DNA from: Anthoceros angustus
Lineage: Eukaryota > Plantae > Anthocerotophyta
Assembly (NCBI GenBank): GCA_010909165.1
Contig: MU008199.1
Span: 124,001 to 188,000 of the forward strand
Direction: 5' to 3'
DNA: 64,000 nt
Shown here: positions 48,673 through 61,576 of the stretch, piece by piece
Position numbering within the stretch: the first letter of the stretch is position 1
Layout: every line of letters starts with the position of its first letter
Made by a program: the position numbers and the translations under genes
Notes under the pieces: model-generated
Told to the model about the DNA's origin: nothing
Seen by the model: only the letters and a program-made list of their open reading frames with translations
Database searches by the model: none

Positions 48673-51600
48673 TGTCGTGCCTGCTCAGTGACTCAGGACT
48701 CACGTTAGCAAAGACGCATAAGGGTCTACAAGAAAACGCGGTATCCACCCCAAGAAAAAGATGCTTTACTAGAGCAGCTCCGGCCCTCTTATACTACGCC
48801 CAAGGGCGGCGTCTTTATTACACTCCTATTACAGTGGTGGCCCAATCCCTAGCCACCGCCTACTACCCCCTCTTCCGCCTATCTCCGCTCGTGGCTGGGA
48901 GTGCCCTTGTTCGCCTCGGTGGCCCAATCCCTAGCCAGCAGTTCAGGCGCACCCAATCGGATGATCCGCGAGGCGGGGCCCCTTCCCCTTCCCAAGACTC
49001 TGTCAGGTTGAGCTACCAGCGGCGGTCTGACAACCGCGGTAACCACCACATCCCCCTCTCCGTCCTCTCCTGACCTCCGAGTGGGTCCCTGCTCTGTGGG
49101 ACCACCAGGTGGCTGCTCCGCCTGAGCAGGTCGGTGGTGATTCCCCGCTGCCCTCGTCCCCGAACAGCGCTACTAAGGCCCCGGTGGCTGTGCTATCCCC
49201 GGGACCTTCATCTCCTCCCCCTCCTTCTGATCCATCCGGAGGTCCGTCGATTCAACGGGGTTGGCTCAGGACCTCCAAGGCCTTGAGGAGTTCGGCGTGG
49301 TAGTAGGCAAAGTCTGAATCGACTTGTTGGATTGCCTCTTCCACATGCGCCCGGAGCACCCGGTACTCCCTTCTCCAGAGATGCTCCGGCAGTTGGGCGT
49401 GCTGACCGGCTTGCTGGGCCATCTCTATCGCCAGACCCGCCAACTGAAACTGGGCAGAATCTCTTGAGGCTGCCAAAGATGCCTCCGCCTTCTTGGCCGC
49501 TAGCTCCTTCTCCATCTCTATCGCCACCCGGCTAGCTTCAGCCATGGCGCAACGCGTTCTCCTTCCGCCTTCCTTTGGACCAGCAACCGCCTACTTCGAG
49601 CTCTTGCCCCCATTCATCCTGGCTTGAAGCTCCGCCATCTCCCTTCCCAGGCGGTCCGGCAGCTCCGCCCGACTCATTGCTTCATCCAAGTCCTTCTCCA
49701 TTTCGGCGACGTCCTGCTCCTTGTTCCGTCGCCGCACCTCTTCCGCCCTCCAACAGAGCTGGAGCCGCTCTATCTCCCGTTCGTGGTCTGCGATTACACC
49801 CTAGAGGGCTCCGTTCTGCTCAATCGTTTCTTGGAGCTGCAGCTCCAAGGTCTCCTTGCGGTCCTCCATCTCCTGTCGCCGCTCCTCCGTCCCTCGCGGT
49901 GTGCTGAGATCCTCCATCTCCGGTTGCTGCCTCCGCCGCTCCTCCGCCCTCGTCCCGAGCCCTCTCCGCCTTCTTCTTGGGCCGCCTCCACCTTTGCTTG
50001 GGCCTCCGCCGCTCCTCCGCCTCCCTCCACCGGTTCGATCCAAAGTGGTCCCGGCTTTTAGCTGCCCGGCCTCCGTGCCCCCTTCACCTCAGCCTCCCAG
50101 GCTTGGTGTTGCTCCTGCCAAGCCGTCTCGGCCAGGTCCCGAGCCCTCTCCGCCTGTCTTTGGGCCTCCTCCAGCTCCCTTTGAGCTACTTCCCTCCGTT
50201 TGCAAAGGTGCTCCACCTTTGCTTGGGCCTCCTGCGCCTGCTTTAGCTGTTCGCACAGCTGAAGGATCTTGGCCCGATCTTGTTGAACGGACATGACCTC
50301 ACTCTTCGCCACCCGGCGCTGCTCCTCCTTGATTCTCGTGAGGGACTCCGCCTTCTTCTTGGCCGCTTGGGCCGCCTCCACCTGACCCTGGAGCAGCACC
50401 ATTCGTCTCCTGGTGGCCTCCACTTCCTGGGTCTTCTCTGCCGTTCCGCAAAGACCCTAGAGCATGCCGTCCATGACGGTTGCCAACACCCGCTGTGTCT
50501 CCTCCACGGCCACCACTGGGGAGGCACCCAGGAATTCCGTTGTGGGCGCGGGCATCTCTCGATCCGTTAAGGACCGCCATACTGTAGACCGGAGGGAGTC
50601 CGGACTGGGCTCTCCGGACCTAATCAGGACCCTCAGGTTCTGAGTGTTCTGATCTGAACCTTCCACCTCCTTGGCCCTTTTGGCCGCTAGCTCCTTCTCC
50701 GCCCTTCTTCGCTTGGGTCTCGGAGGTGGTGAGGGGGTCCTGGAGCTCACTCTCTTACCTCTACCAGTCGGGGACAGGACTGGCTCAGGGTGCGGTTGCT
50801 GCCAGTGGCCTCCTGCTCCTTGGGCAGCATCTCGCTCTGCCCTTCTGACGGCCTCCTCCGCCTCCTGCCACTCCGTAGGCAGGGGTAGGGGAACCGGTGC
50901 GGTCCTGGGTGCCTCGTTGGTGGGGGCCGACTTCCGCCTCTTGGCCACCTTCTTCGTCCGGCGAGGCTCAGCGGTGGGCTGCTGATTGGCTGGCGCCGCG
51001 ACCGCCAGCTCCCTTCCTTTGGGCGCTCCTTCCTGCGCAGGGTGCTCCGCTGAAGGAACCAAAAGAAAGGAGGCGAGAATGTCTTCCCACACTTCCCGGG
51101 GTGGTGAGGGGGTCCGTTCCAGTCGTATGGAGTCCGGAATTCCCTCCCAATCATCTTCCTCCCGGGCCCGCTTGGCCTTAGGAGGACGGGCCTCCGCCTC
51201 CGGCCCTCTTCCTCCGGGCCCGCTTGGCCTTAGGAGGACGGGCCTCCGCCTTGGCCACCTTCCCGGAGCGCTCGTCCTCTTCCTCCTGAAGGAGGTTGAG
51301 GTGCCCCATACATGGATGAGGAATGGCGACAACGCCGAGGGAGGCGGCTTCTCACTCTACAGCTTCCTCGCCTCCTGGTCGATCCGGGCGAAGATAATTC
51401 TCCCCCAGTCGGCCCTCTTCCCTCTCTGTAGGGCGTGGAGGAACACCAGAAGGTTATCACCAAGGTGGTCCACCTTGGTGAGCATGTTCCAATGGACGAT
51501 AACCTTCGCCACCGCCCTCACCCGCCTATCTAGCAGGTCCAACATCAACCAGCCGTTGGAGGACCGTTGCATCCCCGGCCTCAATAGCGCCGCCCTTGCC

Positions 51601-52580
51601 GCTTCTACCTTCCCCCTCACCTTGAGGGGCTCCGGGACTACGCCCCCAATTTCTTCAACTGGGCGGTTGTAAACCGCCCTCAGGACCTCCACGGTCCACC
51701 TCCTGGGGTCCTCCCTCAGGCTCTTGGAGCGGACCTCCTTGTTGGCCACCGCCAACATCTTCCGAGCGTACTCTCGGACCAGAGTGACGCTAACAAAAGT
51801 CCAAACAGCCCCTTCTTGGGCCCCATTGCTGTGTTCGCGTTGTTCGGCTGCTGAGGGTGGAGGCTTCGCAACTCTCCGTTCTCTCGTCGCTAAGTCAATC
51901 GCTCCAGTCGCAAAGACGAGCTATTCGCAAGGATGCTCGAGCGCTTGAAGAGAAAACGCCAGAGAGCGGGGTGTCTTAGCGCGAGAGAGTGCGAAAACCG
52001 CCACGAGGTTGCCTGAAAGAATGACCTTCGCTCGGGGTGGCGGCGTCGAGGAATGGCGCGGATGGGCGTCACGCAGAATCGCTGTGAGGCCATAGCTTAT
52101 TTAGCCTTGCGCCACAGATTTAGCTCTTACGCGTGATTCTAGCCTTTACTGGCGCCTACCTGGAGTGAATACGCCATAACGCCATCGGCAACCCTACGGT
52201 CTGGTCCCTTTGCATGCTGTCCACCTCTCAAGACCGCCACGTGGCTCCATCGGCCCAAAATACGCTCCCAACTCCCAAGTTACTTTACTTGGCGTACTTA
52301 TCCCGACTTACTCCGGAGTGTAGTCCGGACTTATGATGTACTACGCGATCAGATCCGCTCCGAGTGCGGTCCGAGCCTCCACCTACCGGTGTAGTCCGGA
52401 GGACTCCGGCCTTATTTCTCCCTTTCCGCCTCATTTTCTACTCCACACTTACGAAAAAAACAAAACCTAGCTCATTACCTACCAAAGGGAAGAGTCCGTA
52501 ACCCACACATCCCGACCGACCAGTCCAACACCCGTCGGACCTGTTCGGGCCCTAACGGACCCAAGGTTTAGGGATTGCAC
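48673..52580 (-). mobile_element. LTR retroelement remnant: 3' LTR (48673-49050), PPT, and degenerate coiled-coil accessory ORF (~49252-51950)
   Basis: Minus-strand PPT GGAGAGGGGGA directly before TGTGGTG at 49050; the other end ...CACGACA at 48673; internal TATAA. The ORF has the motif GKRADWGRIIF, then low-complexity and E/A/R/Q coiled coil, with frameshifts. The 5' LTR was not seen. Confidence 0.6.
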
Positions 52581-52849
52581 TCTAAGTGCAATCTGGCCAA
52601 AACGGCCTTATTGGATAACTCCTCCCTATCCCTATTAAAAGTAACGACTTAAAAAAAAACAAAACAAGCCTAAAACAAGTCTCCAGGAGTAGGGACATCG
52701 GATTTGGCACTCCAGGACAAAGAAGGCAACCACGACAATACATCCAGAGTGCACGAAGATCCTTGTGCCCAAACCGCCGTAAGCCATACATGCTGACGTT
52801 GATCACAGCTACCTTAGCAGGTAACCATGATGCACTATTGGTAGAAGTT

Positions 52850-55800
52850 GAAGAGAACGAATTCGAATTTCAGAGCCTGCAGGAGAACTTAAGAAGCTTG
52901 AAGCTATCAACATGGTACTTGACATCCAGAAGACAGCATCTGTGTGGTCTAATTTTGTGAAGCATGTGAAGAGTGCAAAGAAGGAGCCTGAAACACTCTA
53001 CCCTCCTAAAGCCTGTAGGACACCCCTGCCGACTGAAACAGTTGTTCATCTTCAACCAGTCGAGCAGGACTTGGAGGGTGGCGAATAGGAGCAAGCAAAA
53101 GTTGATATACCTGCTGAGGAGAAGCAGCATCAGCATCTTCCTCATGATGCTGTGACTGAGGAAGATGCTGTGACTGAGGAAGATGCTGATATCATTCCTC
53201 CGGAATATCAAGATTTGGACATAAAGTGCTCTAGGGGACCCAGGAGGAAAAGGGTGCACGATGTCCATCACGAAGTGCTTGCTGCCCACATCCATCCTTC
53301 AGGTAAGCTGTCTTCAATGTTTGACTGGCTTTTATAGTTTCCAAGCATGAAACTGCAAGCAAAGTTGAAAGAGGAGCAAGCAAAGTTGAAAGAGGAGCAA
53401 GCAAAGTTGCAAAGCTCGGACATATTGCGATCCAAGGTGCCTGAAATTTTAGGCCAGAGTTCTAATGCCTGATTTGGAGGCCTGAAAGGCATCATTTTAT
53501 GCTTCATTTGGAGGCTATGCACTAAACATGCTGCTAGTGCTGTGTGCAGGCTACATCTTTTGTGAATGTCCCTCCTTTTTGCCCATCAAGGACATAGTTC
53601 ATTTTGCAACCCGCTCTCTCTGCAATCCTCTCATACATCCCTTTTGGAAGCAAACTGAAGCGTGTGTGCTACATGTTGAGACATGTATTAGGCAGACTTT
53701 GAGTGGTCCATGGTCTTTTGACTATATTGTCTTGCAATTTCTGAACCCTAATATGTTTTGGAGGAACAATGTATGGAAGGAAGCCCGTTATTTCATGCAA
53801 GGACAAAAAGCGCATCCCAAGTATGTCCCAAAGGGTGTGAAGCAGGAGTACTGGGAGGTCTTTTTGAAAGAGGAGCAAGACAAGAGTTGTTGCCCGAGCC
53901 AGCAAAAACTCCCTGCCATGAGGAGGAGCAAGGAGGTGGGAAGTAATAGCTATGCATGTTTTGGATATGGCAAGCGTAAGGGTTGGATGTTTAGAGGAAG
54001 TTTGCGAGACCCAACCATGGATGAAATCAATGTTGGCACCAATCATGGGGCTTGCAACTTACAAAGTTGAAAGAGTTTTGGATGCAAACTAGAACTCCAA
54101 CTTTGGGTCCGGTGGACTCAAAGGGGCAAAGGACAAGGCGATTAATGTGGACCTTGTTGAAGGATGCAGGCTATTCCATCAAGGAGTGCGATGGGAAGGT
54201 CATGGAGGTCATCCTAAAGCGTAATGTCATAGATAACGGGTAAATGGTGGGGCATTATCTTCCCGCAAAGTTGCAAGCGAGGATGCTTGAGCATGATTCA
54301 AGTTAGATCGTTGTTCGGGACTATTGTGTCTATTTTGTGATAGCGTTCTGTTACATCCTCTCTACCAGACGCTTCGTTGGCTCATGACACGAAATTCCTT
54401 TACAAGGGCAAAGGACTCGAGTATGGAAGCGCAAGGCGTGATACTTTACTCAGGAAATCCTTCTCCTCTTATAGGAGGACCTCCACATACAAGACAAATT
54501 GGGTACACCCATTTTGCAAAGCTCGGACATATTGCGATCCAAGGTGCCTGAAATTTTAGGCCAGAGTTCTAATGCCTGATTTGGAGGCCTGAAAGGCATC
54601 ATTTTATGCTTCATTTGGAGGCTATGCACTAAACATGCTGCTAGTGCTGTGTGCAGGCTACATCTTTTGTGAATGTCCCTCCTTTTTGCCCATCAAGGAC
54701 ATAGTTCATTTTGCAACCCGCTCTCTCTGCAATCCTCTCATACATCCCTTTTGGAAGCAAGGCGTGTGTGCTACATCTTTTGTGAATGTCCCTCCTTTTT
54801 GCCCATCAAGGACATAGTTCATTTTGCAACCCGCTCTCTCTGCAATCCTCTCATACATCCCTTTTGGAAGCAAACTGAAGCGTGTGTGCTACATGTTGAG
54901 ACATGTATTAGGCAGACTTTGAGTGGTCCATGGTCTTTTGACTATATTGTCTTGCAATTTCTGAACCCTAATATGTTTTGGAGGAACAATGTCTGGAAGG
55001 AAGCCCGTTATTTCATGCAAGGACAAAAAGCGCATCCCAAGTATGTCCCAAAGGGTGTGAAGCAGGAGTACTGGGAGGTCTTTTTGAAAGAGGAGCAAGA
55101 CAAGAGTTGTTGCCCCGAGCCAGCAAAAACTCGCTGCCATGAGGAGGAGCAAGGAGGTGGGAAGTAATAGCTATGCATGTTTTGGATATGGCAAGCAGAA
55201 GGGATTTCTGGACAGGTTTAGAGGGAAGTTTGCGAGAGACCCAACCATGGATGAAATCAATGCTGTTGGCACCAATCATGGGGCTTGCAACTTACAAAGT
55301 TGAAAGAGTTTTGGATGCAGTCTGAAACTAGAACTCCAACTTTGGGTCTGCAGGTGGACTCAAAGGGGCAAAAGGACAAGGCGATTAATGTGTGGACCTT
55401 GTTGAAGGATGCAGGCTATTCCATCAAGGAGTGCGATGGGAAGGTCATGGAGGTCATCCTAAAGCAGAATGTCATAGATAACGGGTAAATGGTGGGGCAT
55501 TATCTTCCCCGCAAAGCAGCAAGACAAGCTGAGGATGCTTGAGCATGATTCTGGTTAGATCGTTGTTCAGGACTATTGTGTCTATTTTGTGATAGCCTGA
55601 AGTTCTGTCCTCTCTACCAGACGCTACGTTGGCTCGCAGCCGGCACGAAATTCCTTTACAAGGGCAAAGGACTCGCGAGTATGGAAGCGCAAGACGTGAT
55701 ACTTTACTCTGTGAAATCCTTCTCCTCTTATAGGAGGACCTCCACATACAAGACAAATTGGGTACACCCCATTTTGCAAAGCTTCTGGACATATTGCAGG

Positions 55801-55870
55801 CGATCCAAGGTGCACTGGACCGAAAACTGTGCTCGCTCGACCAGGAGTATGGTTTGCCAACTCGGTTGTC
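52850..55870 (+). mobile_element. CACTA/En-Spm-like ORF2 (TnpA/Ptta-like) remnant, tandemly duplicated
   Basis: PKYVPKGVKQEYWEVFLKEE...AMRRSK...FGYGKRKG resembles Ptta/En/Spm transposase-associated protein. The repeat junction TTGCAAAGCTCGGACATATTGCGATCCAAGGTGC occurs at 53407, 54514 and (variant) 55774. Confidence 0.45.
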
Positions 55871-56697
55871 ACTGAGGAAATTCCACCAAATCCCGAGACA
55901 ACACTTGCGGTGACCACGTCAGTCGTCTTGCAGGTCGAAATAGAGGATAGTGAAATCTAGGGAGAGGAGAGAAAAGACGATGCAGGAGAAATGGGAGAAG
56001 ATACGACAGAGGAAGAGGAACAGGTCGCTCGTGTTACCACCCAATCCCAGCGACGCCGGAGGAAAAGATGAGAAAGCCGAAACAATAAGAAGGAAACTCC
56101 GCGGCAGCAGGAGGAAACGAAATCCGGAAGAAGAGACACGATGGAGGAAGAGGACATGGAAGAATACATGTTTACGGAAGAAGGACCGACTGTGACAAAG
56201 GTATTTCCACCAGACATCAGTCAGGTCGCCGCCGATTTGTTGGCCGACGAGTTGAGGAAGCTTACTCGACAGGTTCGTGGTTCAGAACCTTAAGCTTTTT
56301 CGATGACGGAGCATCTGGAGGAGGAAAGAACCAGAGATAAAGTGGAAGCGGCGATACCTGCAGCCAGAAGGGAAAAAGGTAGCGAAGCAATGAGCGAGAA
56401 GGTTACCACTTTTGCAAACGCGCTCTTAGACCAGGAGTTCCTGATCTCATTGCGACAGCTTCTTGTGGATAACCCCAAGTATCGAAGGCTACTACGTGAT
56501 GTTGTTAGGGGGGTTCAGGCAGGACCGCCTCTCAGAAGATATCACTAAGACGCTGCTCAAAACTGCTTGAATTTCCATTGCCAGTCCCATTCTACAATAC
56601 CATATCCAGAGATGGCGATATGGCCACATTTCTGTCCTGTTGCACTTCAGAAGTCTCATCACAATCACTTAGTGTGGAGTGAAGTTTTGTGTCTAGG

Positions 56698-56915
56698 GAC
56701 ACAAGGAGGCCACATTTATCCTCTATGTCGTTATAGTCCTAGGATTCGATCCCAAGGGAATGGTTTTGTGTCAAGATGTTCTAAAACTATGGACTCTAGT
56801 CCTCCTATAATCGCCTCACCCAACGTGATCAACTACCACCGAGTCCACCACCGGTGGTGGCTCCACCACCGTGGTGGGTTCGGCCACCGGTGGTGGCTCC
56901 ACCACCGTGGTGGGA
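56698..56915 (+). repeat. Dispersed repeat family copy A (others at 62407-62680 + and 63715-63913 -)
   Basis: Shared GAGGCCACATTTAYCCTCTATGTCGYTATAGTCCTAGGATTCGATCCCAAGG(G)AATGG, followed 150-200 bp later by CCACCGWGGYGGGWCCCAC. Confidence 0.8.
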
Positions 56916-57285
56916 CCCACCCGACCGGCACACGCGCGTCGCGATCGACTATTTGGCGCCCGGTTCCCCTGCCATGCCCGTTAAGGGTTATGGTCCTATG
57001 CACACAGATTCACATATACACCAAGTCACACTTATGTGGATTCACACCCAGAGTTCACTGGTGGATGCAAACCATGGCCACGCACACCGCGGCACCTCAC
57101 TCCGTCGCTGATTTCCTCTGACCCCACAATTTATTCCCAACCTTCCTCAGCGTTCCGAGTTTTCCAGACTCTCGCGCTCACCACTTCCTAGACTCCTCTT
57201 CACACAACGACTCACTCACCCCCTTTCTTCCAGGACCTCATACACCACCGCGCACAAGATGTTCCCACAGATCCTCCTCTCTCAG

Positions 57286-57366
57286 GCCACACAGACCTCT
57301 CTTGGGCCACACAGACCCCTCCTCAGGCCACACAGACCCCTCCTTGGGCCACACAGACCCTTCCTT
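57286..57366. repeat. 21-bp tandem repeat, ~4 copies
   Basis: GGCCACACAGACCCCTCCTTG variants. Confidence 0.8.
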
Positions 57367-58436
57367 GGGATTAGACACAATCTGGTTAGACAGCGGGGTG
57401 GGAAAAGAAAAAAACAGCTGGTCGGCTCCACAAGCGATTCACACACCCGCGAACTCACCCCTGTCCCCTGCGGGAATTTCCCTCTCCTGGCATGCATTGA
57501 GCACCCTTCACCACCAGTCACCCCAGACGCGGAGCTTGGTCACTCAACTCTCGACCATCCAGGGATCTCCCCGGCCCTCTTGTGACGAGAGGACAGCACA
57601 TGTACATCGAATCAGTCCGTCATCGATCGAATATCTCCAATCAACCTCGCGCGCAGATTCGACACACGGGAGCTCACACCTGAAATTGTCTAACGAGAGA
57701 GACACGAAGGGGTCTCTTATACATCCGGCCGCAGAGCGCCATACCTCACTTTTCCAGTGTCTAAAGATGGCTAACCTACCTCCAGTGTCTAAAGATGGCT
57801 AACCTACCACGAGCGCGCCTACCAATTCGGGTATTTTTTTTTTAATTTGGTATTTTGAAAATAAATCAAAACAACCCCGGGGGAGAAATCTTCAGCAAGG
57901 GTTCTGATTCCCCTATGTTACACATCGTATCATCCCAACAGGAAGAGTATCGATTCGGGTATCTACAGGTTCACAAGCTTCCTAGCACCTTATCCTCTAA
58001 TCCAAGTGAAAGCCCTGACCTATGATGCCACTCCCCTCTAAAATCAGCGCGCCCGCCTCCGCTGTGGCTGCCTAACCCTGCAGCCCATGGGTGTTCCCCT
58101 CACTCTCCTACCACGCCTCTGATCCGGAAGATCCTCCCTTAATATCTCCACCTCACTCCCGCTATCTGAGGTCCCTTCACTCCTCCTAGGAGGCGTCGTC
58201 CGTCTACTGCCCCTGCGCACGTTTCCTTGCTCCTCATCACTGGACAGCCAAACAGTGCGTTCCTCCATCCACGCTCTAGCCTCCGCCTCGCTCATTTCCT
58301 CGAGCACAACCTGTGAAGGGTATGCCCAGCTCCCGTGGACAATCCTGGGCTGGCTGCTTCCTGGAATCCGAGGGATTTGCATCCCCTCCTATAGCGCTCC
58401 TGATGGTGGCTTCCCCCACCTCGGGTCCTTCTTCCG

Positions 58437-58537
58437 CGACGGTGGCCGGCTCCACCACCGTGGTGGCTGCTTCCTCAACGGTGGCTGGCTCCACCACCGT
58501 GGTGGCTCCACCACCGGTGGTGGCTCCACCACCGTGG
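58437..58537. repeat. Palindromic short tandem repeat (GGCTCCACCACCGTGGT)n
   Basis: Self-complementary CCACCACCG(G)TGGTGG units; the same motif occurs at 56845-56912. Confidence 0.75.
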
Positions 58538-58949
58538 TTCTTTGCTTCTAGCAGGTGTTTCGACCACATGATCCGACCTTCTGCCCTTCTTGACTGCCTC
58601 TCTCTTAACCCTGGCCCTAGCCTCATCTCTCTCCCGCTTATACCTCTACACTAGCTTCTTGAACTTCTCCAGAGGTGCCAGCGTCTCCACTTGTTCTTGG
58701 GCCCTGTTGCTGAATGAAGGATCCCCCACCTTATATAGACAATTTTTATTCCTAAAAATCCCAAGGTCCAAGGACCTTCTAGCTTGGCCTGACATTCACA
58801 GGTTCGAGGTCCAAGGACTAATTATTTGTAAAGGTAATATTGTCATGGGCCAAAGACCACTTTTAGTATAAAAGTCCTTGCCTTGGACATTTCCTAAGCA
58901 CTCCATCACACAAAACATAAGAAAAACAAAAAAAAACATTCAAACCAAC

Positions 58950-61575
58950 AGTCCAGGGGAGGGTTAGTGTACATGTGGTCTTCCACACTTGGCATAATAG
59001 CTTGCAACTGAGGGGCCACTGAATTATCAATGTTGAAACGTGGAACAGTAAGGTTGCTCAAACTGGTGGCTGAGATTGCATCTTTAGTGGCTAGGTTCGA
59101 AATCTGCCAAAAGTACAGAATCAAACCAACTCCAAATGAAATAGGAATGGCAAAACAATCATGCAGAAACTTAACCTTGTCAACATTTTGAATTTAAATG
59201 AAAGACCCTGTCGTTGGTTTGTTGTGGATCTGCAAATCCTGAGCACTGCTTTCAAACACTTTATCTGCATCCATGGCTCCACCGTCCTTCACCTGGTAGT
59301 AACAACATGAAAATAGGGTTAAAACAGATCACCCGAAAGGACCTGACAGTAAAAAACGAACATGACGAAAACAATCTGAACTTCAGGACGCCAAACGCCA
59401 CATAGAGGAATATCTGGTTTATTGCTGACGTTGTTCTGCAGTCTGTTTCCATGATGGATAACAGGGGTGGCAATAGACAGCATGACGTTTCAATTAAAAT
59501 AGGAGTCAGAACACAATAAAAATAAAAGGCGATTCTGAAAAACAGTCCACAAACTGCAAATACACTTACATCTTCGGGCTGACTCGCGAATACAACTTCT
59601 GGAGTCACATTGAGGACAGTTGACGGAAGCACACCCCGCAGATCGTCCTGCATCCGATTAAGTTCTTCATTCAGCAACTCTTTGTAAGATCTTCATTCAC
59701 CAGGAACAAGAACCCTTGCTGCTGCTACCTGTTTTGCTTGCCCTGAATGGTCATGTCTGCAAAAGACAAATTATCAGAAAAGAATATAAAAATGGCATCA
59801 ACAAGATAAAGCGGCCACCACAAATTACCTTGAGAATGCAGCATCTGTTTTGTGCCCAATAACACTTCTGCCGGCGTCAGAGGGCACCTAAGCTATAGTT
59901 AGACGTGTAATCATTGTTACACGATAACTCTTGTTGGTGTAATAGCCATCAAGTCCAGCTGCTTCTGTCATCGTCTTCATGTATCGTGAAATCATCTCTT
60001 TGGAAACGCGAAGTTTTGCATACCACGCCTAGTCAAACAATTTCTCGTTGGTGTGATATAGGAAGAATTACCAAGAAATCAGAAGAATTTAACCTTACAT
60101 TTGATCTCGGATTGTCAATTGGCGAGTTGAAGAGAAACCCTTGGATAGCCTTATTTTGGTCACTTTCAGTCCACTTTGGCGAGTGGTCGATGACAGCTCA
60201 AAAGGTTTGAATCACATCCAACTCATAGTTTTTAACCTTTGGCCGGAAGTGCTCACTTTGGTAGTTGTGCACATCAACTTTGTAAATTTTGGACATACGT
60301 TCCTCATATCTGCAAACAACAGACCAAGAAATTTCAACCAGTATCCTTTCAACAAAGAGGTAGGGACATACTAAACAAAATTCCCGCCAGAATCTGATGC
60401 GAAGGTAAAGTCCTTGATTAGAAGATTGTGCAACTCCTCTCCATCACGAACCCCAAACCGATTCATAGAAAAGTATGCACACGTGCTCCAGTAAACAACT
60501 TAAGCTCAGATACAAGCAATTTCTTCAAGCTTAATACGAAAATAAAGAGATGAGGGACATACCTTTTTTGAGCACCACGTCCGAAGGGACACTGGTGGTC
60601 CCTGTGGGCTAAGATCCTCCACTCATCATCATTAGAGATAAGCTTCACCTCCTTTCGGCACGAAACAATACCAAGGTCCTTGCTGATCTTCATCGAGGCA
60701 ACCAGGGCGGCCTGTGCCCCATGAAATATGCCAAAAACATATTGATTATTGGAACATCAGAACCCAAACGGCTCTGATCCAATACACATTTCTTATGAGA
60801 ATTCGATTGAACCCTCGAAAGAAGGACATCAACCTGCACAAGAGAAAAGAGTAAGAAACTTGTAAGGCAAAAAACGAGAAACCACATAGGGGCAGAAATT
60901 TACGTTTTTGGAGAGAATCTGGAGTTATCTTTCAAATTGCGCACTTGATGGAAGAAAGGTATTAGAATGAGGTTCAGATTCCTATGAGGGATGTCTTCTA
61001 TCACTCTATCCCAACCCTTGACACCGCTAACTTTCATGAACGCTTTCAGACGACTACGACACCAATTATTTTGATGTTTGGACTTATCCTCACCACCACT
61101 CAATGCATTATCAACAACACCATCAAGGAGAGAGGGGTCAAACCCCTGATCTCTGAAATTAGCTTCATCCTCAATCTCTTCCATGCCCATTGCAAAATCA
61201 TCTGCAGGATCCGCACATCTTAATCTTTCAAACGTATCAAGGCACACTTGATCAGGAACCACTTCAGGATTAGGGGCAACCATAGGCATCGAAAACTCAC
61301 CAAGCTGAGAATGCAAAGCAGCCCCATGGTTGGCCTGCTGCACCAAGCCTGCCCCACAGACACTTCCCGTCTGTAGACATGCCTTGGCAGCATTGAGGAC
61401 CATGGTTTCGTTAGTGATCAAATGATCATTTTCACCAACATAGACTACACCCCTCTCAGTTACAGGAACATAGTTTGTGATCTCAGACAGTGGGCCTTCT
61501 ACCAGAGGAACATGTCGAGTGTCCACACTTCTTCTCTTCTGGGCAAACTCGGTTGCCAGCGCTATGTACCATACT
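58950..61575 (-). pseudogene. Intron-containing tyrosine recombinase, DUF3504/Crypton-type, decayed
   Basis: Spliced exons read QNNWCRSRLKAF...IEDIP...LIPFFHQVRNLKDNSRFSPKT|LMSFFRGFNRIL...KLISNDDEWRIL|...FGVRDGEELHNL|YEERMSK...|WYAKLRVSKEMISRYMKTMTEAAGLDGYYTNKSYRVT...IGHKTDAAFSR|HDHS. This is the R...K...(H)xxR...H...Y layout. It has in-frame stops, and the catalytic Tyr position is CAT. Confidence 0.78.
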
Positions 61576-61576
61576 G

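Noticed and set aside
56735-56762. GGATTCGATCCC as a tRNA T-loop / SINE B-box
   Set aside because: No A-box, cloverleaf or tail could be built; kept only as a dispersed repeat.
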